Positions 62,726-64,000 of a stretch of DNA of 64,000 nucleotides are shown in pieces (the first letter of the stretch is position 1; each line of letters starts with the position of its first letter). This DNA comes from Candidatus Zhuqueibacterota bacterium. Its GTDB lineage: Bacteria; Zhuqueibacterota; Zhuqueibacteria; Thermofontimicrobiales; Thermofontimicrobiaceae. The notes under the pieces were generated by a model. It saw nothing but the letters and a program-made list of their open reading frames with translations. It was not told the origin of the DNA and searched no databases. The position numbers were made by a program, and so were the translations under genes. The stretch covers positions 1 through 64,000 of the forward strand of contig JBMOPW010000034.1 in NCBI GenBank assembly GCA_049322915.1. Direction: 5' to 3'.

Positions 62726-63404
62726 TGCACATTCCTCCATTTAATTGTGAAAATTATTTTAAAAAGAAATTAAAAAAACTCAGTCCAATTAGTAAAAGTC
62801 TATCGCCGAATGAGCATCATCATCGATTTCAACAGAGAAAGCCACGGTTGAACGTATCACCAACGAAGTGAGAGCATTTCATGAGATGGAAATGAACGGG
62901 AAAAATACATCGTGCAGCATCAACAACGACAAAAATCAGAGTGAAGATATTCCAGGAATTTGGGGAGAAGCGCAGTCCCGCGTTTGCAGCATGCGAGGGT
63001 GGTTGATACCGGTTACAGGGTATTCTGTCAGTCATGGTGGAATATACTCAGTTCATGTTAACGCTATGTTGCAAAAGCATCAAAGAAGCGCATTTATTTT
63101 CAGGCCAGTTTCCGGCAATGGCTTCTGCACGTCACCTGCAGGATTTGCTCCCGAATAAAACGTGCTAAATATAGCGAACGACAATGAAGAAAGTTACACT
63201 GTTTCTGAACGAACAGAGGAAAAATTCAATTCAAAATTGCAGAACTTGAACGCGCAATCCAGGCAATATTGCCGGCATGATAGGGTAGAGGCACTTTAAA
63301 AGTGAGGCTCGGGGCAAATCTGCCGGGACATTTTTTTCACTGGATGCGCGATAGATTGAGCGACGAGGAACCATCCTGTTTTAGTTGTCACCCGTTCTTT
63401 CGAA

Positions 63405-64000
63405 TCAGAGGTTAATGTCCTCAAATGTATTTCCCTGGTTCACATCGCCGGTTTCAAAGCCTTTTTTGAACCAACTCTGGCGCTGTTCCGATGTCCCATG
63501 GGTGAAATCGTCCGGTACGACATATCCCTGGGATCTTTTCTGAATGCGGTCGTCGCCAACAGCGCTGGCAGCGTTGAGCGCTTCGTCGATATCGCCCTCT
63601 TCCAGAATATCATTCATCCGTTGCGCATGATGCGCCCAAACGCCGGCAAAAAAGTCGGCCTGCAGTTCCAGGCGCACCAGGTACTGGTTGAAGTCGCGCT
63701 GGCTCAACTTGTTTCGCATGGCCATCACCTTGTCGTTGATGCCTAACAGATTTTGAACGTGGTGCCCCACTTCATGGGCGATCACGTAGGCCATGGCAAA
63801 ATCGCCCGGCGCTTGAAATCGCTGGTGCAGCTCCTCAAAAAAAGACAGATCGATATACACTTTTTCATCGCCGGGACAATAGAACGGTCCGGACGCTGCG
63901 CTCGAAAAACCGCACGCAGACTGCACCGCATTGGTGTAAAGAACAAGCATGGGTTCGTGATAGTCCTGTCCCATTTGGCTGAACAACGCGTTCCAGACAT
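63405..64000 (-). CDS. Neutral zinc metallopeptidase (YpfJ-like), 5' end outside window
   Basis: GPFYCP, AHEVGHHVQ, ELQAD, FTHGTS; frame stays open to the window end. Confidence 0.92.
   Translation of the reverse strand, partial: VWNALFSQMGQDYHEPMLVLYTNAVQSACGFSSAASGPFYCPGDEKVYIDLSFFEELHQRFQAPGDFAMAYVIAHEVGHHVQNLLGINDKVMAMRNKLSQRDFNQYLVRLELQADFFAGVWAHHAQRMNDILEEGDIDEALNAASAVGDDRIQKRSQGYVVPDDFTHGTSEQRQSWFKKGFETGDVNQGNTFEDINL

Overview
Bacterial chromosomal window, mostly housekeeping genes, with AT-rich intergenic regions and clear sigma70-type promoters. FlgD/T9SS-like C-terminal tails, a carboxypeptidase-domain TonB receptor and GxxExxY repeats suggest an FCB-group organism such as KSB1/Calditrichota (inference). 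In order: a partial GxxExxY gene; a PUL-like TonB receptor locus (LamG protein, two lipoproteins, HAD phosphatase, CTD protein) divergent from a Na+:solute symporter, a hidden 41-aa Lys-rich ORF, yciO-like and a degenerate DUF885 gene; a Nal1-like protease convergent on a CorA-like orphan; rsfS-argS-pfkB-yjbQ-ecfA; ispB-apbE-uxs-waaF; an MCE operon with a putative outer-membrane barrel; a P-type ATPase with a riboswitch-like leader upstream of TroBCD-type genes lacking a binding protein; bactofilin; ATP-PEPCK divergent from flotillin and an aspartate aminotransferase fused to a degenerate PEPCK/HPrK-like domain; pcm; tRNA-Pro(CGG); a B12 radical SAM; a lipoprotein RidA; an M23 peptidase; pruA; a kinase-dCMP deaminase fusion; an FAD oxidoreductase and methyltransferase; a partial zinc peptidase. 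No CRISPR array, integrase, transposase or rRNA was seen. Best novelty candidates are the aminotransferase/pseudo-PEPCK fusion beside a real PEPCK and the variant metal-riboswitch-like leader. All calls come from reading motifs by eye; no searches were run.
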